NCBI RefSeq assembly: GCF_006345805.1 | Contig: NC_043001.1 | Location: forward strand, 104,594,001-104,658,000 | Source of the DNA: Octopus sinensis | Lineage: Eukaryota | Reading direction: 5' to 3' | DNA length: 64,000 nt | Part shown: in pieces, positions 59,925-64,000 of the stretch | Layout: every line of letters starts with the position of its first letter | Numbering within the stretch: the stretch's first letter is position 1 | Notes under the pieces: model-generated | The model's database searches: none | What the model was told of the DNA's origin: nothing | Seen by the model: the letters and a program-made list of their open reading frames with translations, nothing else | Position numbers and translations under genes: made by a program

Positions 59925-60166
59925 ATACATTATTTACATTTGATGGCTATTTGTCCTCATCTTGTTTGTTGTTAACGTTTCAGCTGATATACCCTCCAGC
60001 CTTCATTAGGTGTCATGGGGAAATTTTGAACCTGGGTTCTCATTCCTAAGGTATTTTCAATGTTGATGTTGTTATTATTATTATTATTATTATTCAGGTC
60101 ACTGCCTAGATTCAAACTTGGAATCTTGGGGTTAGTAGCCCACACTCTTAACCACTACACCATATG
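59925..60166 (-). mobile_element. tRNA-headed SINE carrying a hammerhead-like 3' module
   Basis: The minus strand has head TGGTGTAGTGGTTAAGAG...AAGTTTGAATCTAGG (A/B-box-like), then (AAT)n, then GACAC-CTAATGA-A-GGCTG-GAGGGTATAT-CAGCT-GAAAC-GTT. Confidence 0.6.
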
Positions 60167-61529
60167 TCCGTGGGCAATTTTGAGGTGAATTTTAGGGCTT
60201 ATAAATCAAATATTTTCCTATCCTTCCTTAATACCGATTCCCTTATGCTATTCATATCTGCACTTGGTCTGCTTAGGGATTTACACAATCTGAAGTGTGA
60301 ACATAAAAAAAAATATTCTGGGAGTTATGAGGAAACAAATTTGTGAAGGTATGCCTAAAAAAATAGACATTTTTCTGAAAGTTATGAGGAAACAAAACTG
60401 GCTTGTGTAAATTCTCCAAGTCTCCTCTCCCCTCACTCTGAACAAAATTTTCACATTATATTTCCTTTAGGGGGCTAATACAGAATCACACCTCTCCTGG
60501 AAAAATGCATTTAAAAAAATTTTTTTTTTTTCGGATTCTTACATTTTAGATGTTGGATATTACAAATATGCAAAGTAATTTTTTTTTATTTCATTCTCCA
60601 CACTGACACAATTTAAAATTTTTAAACTTTTTTCAAAATTTTTTCCCCCTATATTTTAGATGACGGGAGATTCTGAATACACAAGAAACCATGTTTTCAA
60701 GATTTTAAATTCAATAAGCATATAGATATATAGATATGAATGTCTTCCTGGGGCTAAAAACAATAGTAACACCATCTTCTATAGGACCGCCACATTTAGT
60801 TGACAAAAAGAAATGTATGGTTGAAAAAGTTCAAAATTTAAAATTGGGAGAGGGGGTGGAATTTGAGCCCCTCATTTAATCTTTATAGCATTAATTATTA
60901 AAAACATTAATGTTTGTTTCTCATAAAATGGCGTATATTTAATTTACATTCAATTATCATTTATGATTACTTATAGCAAACACAAATAAAATGCAAATTC
61001 TTTTCACTTAAATGCTTTTGTCTATATTTAATTTTGATTTGCATATGTTCATCAATCTGTTTAAAGTAAACAAAATCAAAATTTTTAATTGGGGGGAACA
61101 GGTGGTGGAGTTGCTGGTGGGTGGGGTGGGGGTGAAATAAAATTTTATTTTTGCATATTCATAATCTCTGACATCTAAAATGTAGAAGTTCAAGAAGATT
61201 TTGCATGGAACATAAGTGGGGGGGGGGGGGGATTTAAAAAGTTCACAAGATCCGATTTTTTTTCACTGGTAACTTTAAGGAAAATGGATATCTTTTAATG
61301 AAATTATATATATATTCCTTTCCATGCATTACGGATGCCTAATAATGCCGCAAACCCCTTATTTTTGGTTGGGAAAATGAGGGGTGGGGCCGAATTACTA
61401 GAAAAAGCTTTTTTCTTTTTTTTCAATGACTGAATTACGGTGACCTAATCTGCAATCTGGGATTAATATATCCAGTGAATTTTTAAGAGATATATAAAAG
61501 ATATTTTGTTTTAATATTCTTTTCTACTC

Positions 61530-62125
61530 TAGGCACAAGGCCCAAATTTTTGGAGAGGAGGCCAGTCGATTAGATCGATCCCAGTACGCACTGGTACTTA
61601 ATTTATCGAACCCGAAAGGATGGAATGCAAAGTCGACCTTGGCCGAATTTGAACTCAGAATGTAAAGACAGACGAAATACTAAGCAAGCACGGCATGCTA
61701 ACGTTTCTGCCAGCTCACCACCATTTTGTTTCGTTAGCCCAGCGGGTGAACTGCTTAGCGGTATTTCGTCTGCCGCTACGTTCTGAGTTCAAATTCCGCT
61801 GGGGTCGACTTTGCCTTTCATCCTTTCGGGATCGATTAAATAAGTACCAGTTACGCACTGGGGTCGATATAATCGACAATCCCTTTGTCTGTTCTTTTTT
61901 CTCCTCTCTGTGTTTAGCCCCTTGCGGGTAGTAAAGAAATAGGTATTTCGTCTGCCATTACGTTCTGAGTTCGAATTCCGCTGAGGTCGACTTTGCGTTT
62001 CATCCTTTCGGGGTCGATGAAATTAAATAAGTACCAGCTATACACTAGAGTCGATGTAATCGACTTAATCCCATTGTCTGTCCTTGTTTGTCCCCTCTAT
62101 GTTTAGCCCCCTGTGGGCAATAACA
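61530..62125. mobile_element. Cluster of three family C SINEs (one minus, then two plus in tandem)
   Basis: The copy at 61530-61725 is inverted relative to 61740-61935 and 61940-62125. Shared core GTCGACTTTGCCTTTCATCCTTTCGGGGTCGAT. Confidence 0.88.
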
Positions 62126-62540
62126 AAATATTATAACTTCATATGTTTACGGACATACAACTTATTTAGGACATTCGAAAATTTATGGATTGAAATCCAT
62201 GAAATGACTAAAATATTTCTAAGTAAATTTCTTGTCTTCCACACAAATCATATTTAATACCAAAATAAAAAGTCTTTTCCAACCCCATCCATTCCCTTCT
62301 CCCTTAAATTTATCGTAAAAGTTTATAATATCGTTCAAACTTTCTTCACTTCCTGGTTCCCTCGACACAAATACTTTCAAACAAAACTTGGTAAACTACA
62401 GAAATTAGAGACAACTTTATACTACAGAAATGTAGCTATATATAAACTTGTAAAATTAGATTATCATGTAATTTCCAATATCATTATCAATATTATTATC
62501 AATATTAATAACATAATTAAGCGATCAAAAAAACTCTTAC

Positions 62541-62640
62541 CTTCCACTCAACTGAAGCTGACGGAATCAATGGCGGAACTGTACTTCGCTGACACCGGTT
62601 AATGGCAGTTACAACGATAAAATTTCGCTTTCAGTTTTAA
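62541..62640 (-). other. Candidate upstream (5'UTR/first) exon of the minus-strand gene
   Basis: Good donor GAAG|gtaaga at 62540 at the end of a non-repetitive CpG-containing stretch (…CAGTTCCGCCATTGATTCCGTC…). The 5' boundary and the link to the gene are unsupported. Confidence 0.3.
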
Positions 62641-63310
62641 ATTTCGTTCCCCGCACCTTGTTTATGTTGATATAATACTTCGTTTACCTAAGTCGGGTTC
62701 AATTTGTTAATTCTTAAGAGAAAATATTCAGTTAGTATGAAAAAATTGGCTTTGATTTTAATTTGAACAATAGCAGAGTTTTTTTTTTTAGCAGACGACA
62801 ATACCAGCCATGAATTTCGTTGGGAAGTTGTCGAGTTTAATAATGAAATTATTGTAAACAGTGCTCAGGTGTACCACAAGCAAGTTTATTTGTGGAGCAA
62901 CAAATTACTTGACCTACTGATTCTCAAACTGACAAAAGCCACTAAAAGATACTAATGAAATTCTCTACTTTGCCACACCTCCTTATTAATGAGAAAACAA
63001 AAACAGAGTTTGCCAACATATAATTCTATCTTCGACTTCTTGGACGATTAAAAAAAAAGATCAAATTATCTCTGATAGATGTTGTTGACTTTCTTCCAAC
63101 AACTTTAAATTTTCATCAGATTGTTTTTCAAAAAATGAAGTTCTAATGTAGTTTAATGAATGCGATTTTCGTAACCAGCATGCAAAACTACAACAGAATT
63201 ACATTCTTGGTATCGTTTCGATTACTTTCACAAATTTGGAAATTTTAAAATAAAGAGACCATTTTCACATTTGCTATATTGATGTAATTTTTCACACTGA
63301 ATCCGAGCGA

Positions 63311-63452
63311 AGGTAAAGAATACGTACACCATCCGTATTCGGCGTTTAGGGTTAGAGTTAGGTCAGGTTTAGGGCTAGGGTTAGGGTTACGTTTAGGGTT
63401 AGGGTTAAATTGGGGTTACACCGAAAATGGGTGGTGTGTGTGTTCTTTACCT
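63311..63452. mobile_element. Mini TIR element (~142 bp) filled with degenerate TTAGGG repeats
   Basis: AGGTAAAGAATACGTACACCATCCGTATTCGG (63311-63342) is an imperfect inverted repeat of CCGAAAATGGGTGGTGTGTGTGTTCTTTACCT (63421-63452). The interior is about a dozen TTAGGG-like units. Confidence 0.8.
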
Positions 63453-63534
63453 CCACCTGAATCCAAATTTTGGATTCATTTATTCAAAGGAATTTGTAGA
63501 AGACGCCATATCCTATTTCTTTACTGCCCACATG

Positions 63535-63930
63535 GGGCTACATACAGAGGGGACAAACAAGGACAGACAAACGGATTAAGTCGATTATATCGACCCCAGT
63601 GCGTAACTGGTACTTATTTAATCGACCCCGAAAGGATGAAAGGCAAAGTCGACCCCGGCGGAATTTGAACTCAGAACGTAACCGCAGACGGAATACCTAT
63701 TTCTTTACTACCCACAAGGGGCTAAACACAGAGGGGACAAACAAGGACAGACAAATGGATTAAGTCGATTACATCGATCTCAGTACATAACTGGTACTTA
63801 ATTTATCAACCCCGAAAGGATGAAAGGCAAAATTGACCTCAGAGGAATTTGAACTCAGAACGTAACAGCAGACGAAATATGGCTACGCATTTCGCCCAGC
63901 GTGCTAACGATTCTGCCAGCTCGCCCCCTT
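63535..63930 (-). mobile_element. Tandem pair of family C SINEs
   Basis: Two copies of ...TTAAGTCGATTA.ATCGA.C.CAGT...CCCGAAAGGATGAAAGGCAAA...GAATTTGAACTCAGAACGTAAC, with a period of about 180 bp. Confidence 0.88.
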
Positions 63931-64000
63931 GTCTCGTTATTGAACATGGCAATTTGTCTGTCCCCCTTTCAAATCAACACAGGGCCAGTTCCATTTTTGT

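Noticed and set aside
60095-60166. Functional tRNA gene (likewise other tRNA-like heads)
   Set aside because: The boxes are degenerate, no complete cloverleaf is evident, and each head is attached to a SINE body.
63343-63420. True telomere or chromosome-fusion scar
   Set aside because: It is short, degenerate, in a single orientation, and enclosed by TIRs.

Overview
This is AT-rich, repeat-dense animal genomic DNA. The tRNA-derived SINE families, RTE-type (TGA)n tails, Penelope-like and Helitron fragments suggest a coleoid cephalopod, probably Octopus (inference). The ORF track misses the main feature: a minus-strand host gene that I assembled by hand from 17 GT-AG exons between 51333 and 2143. 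Their phases chain into one open frame of about 436 codons that is still open at its 3' end. The product has four UBA-like three-helix repeats, each split by an intron at the same position. I recognise no gene symbol for it. The introns hold a near-complete RTE LINE with a PHD finger inserted into a Penelope-like RT, further RTE/CR1/CRE/Penelope fragments, two Helitrons, mariner/Tc1 remnants, hAT elements with 8-bp TSDs, dozens of SINEs and many fold-back palindromes. The most unusual structures are: (1) a 1-kb array of about 13 copies of a 33-bp palindrome whose spacers switch orientation at the palindromes; (2) a 60-bp inverted-repeat element enclosing an inverted, near-identical copy of DNA from about 2.4 kb away; (3) two hammerhead-ribozyme-like cores, one behind a tRNA-SINE head; (4) a small TIR element filled with TTAGGG-like repeats. 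Coordinates were counted by eye; exon boundaries were phase-checked, and repeat boundaries are approximate.
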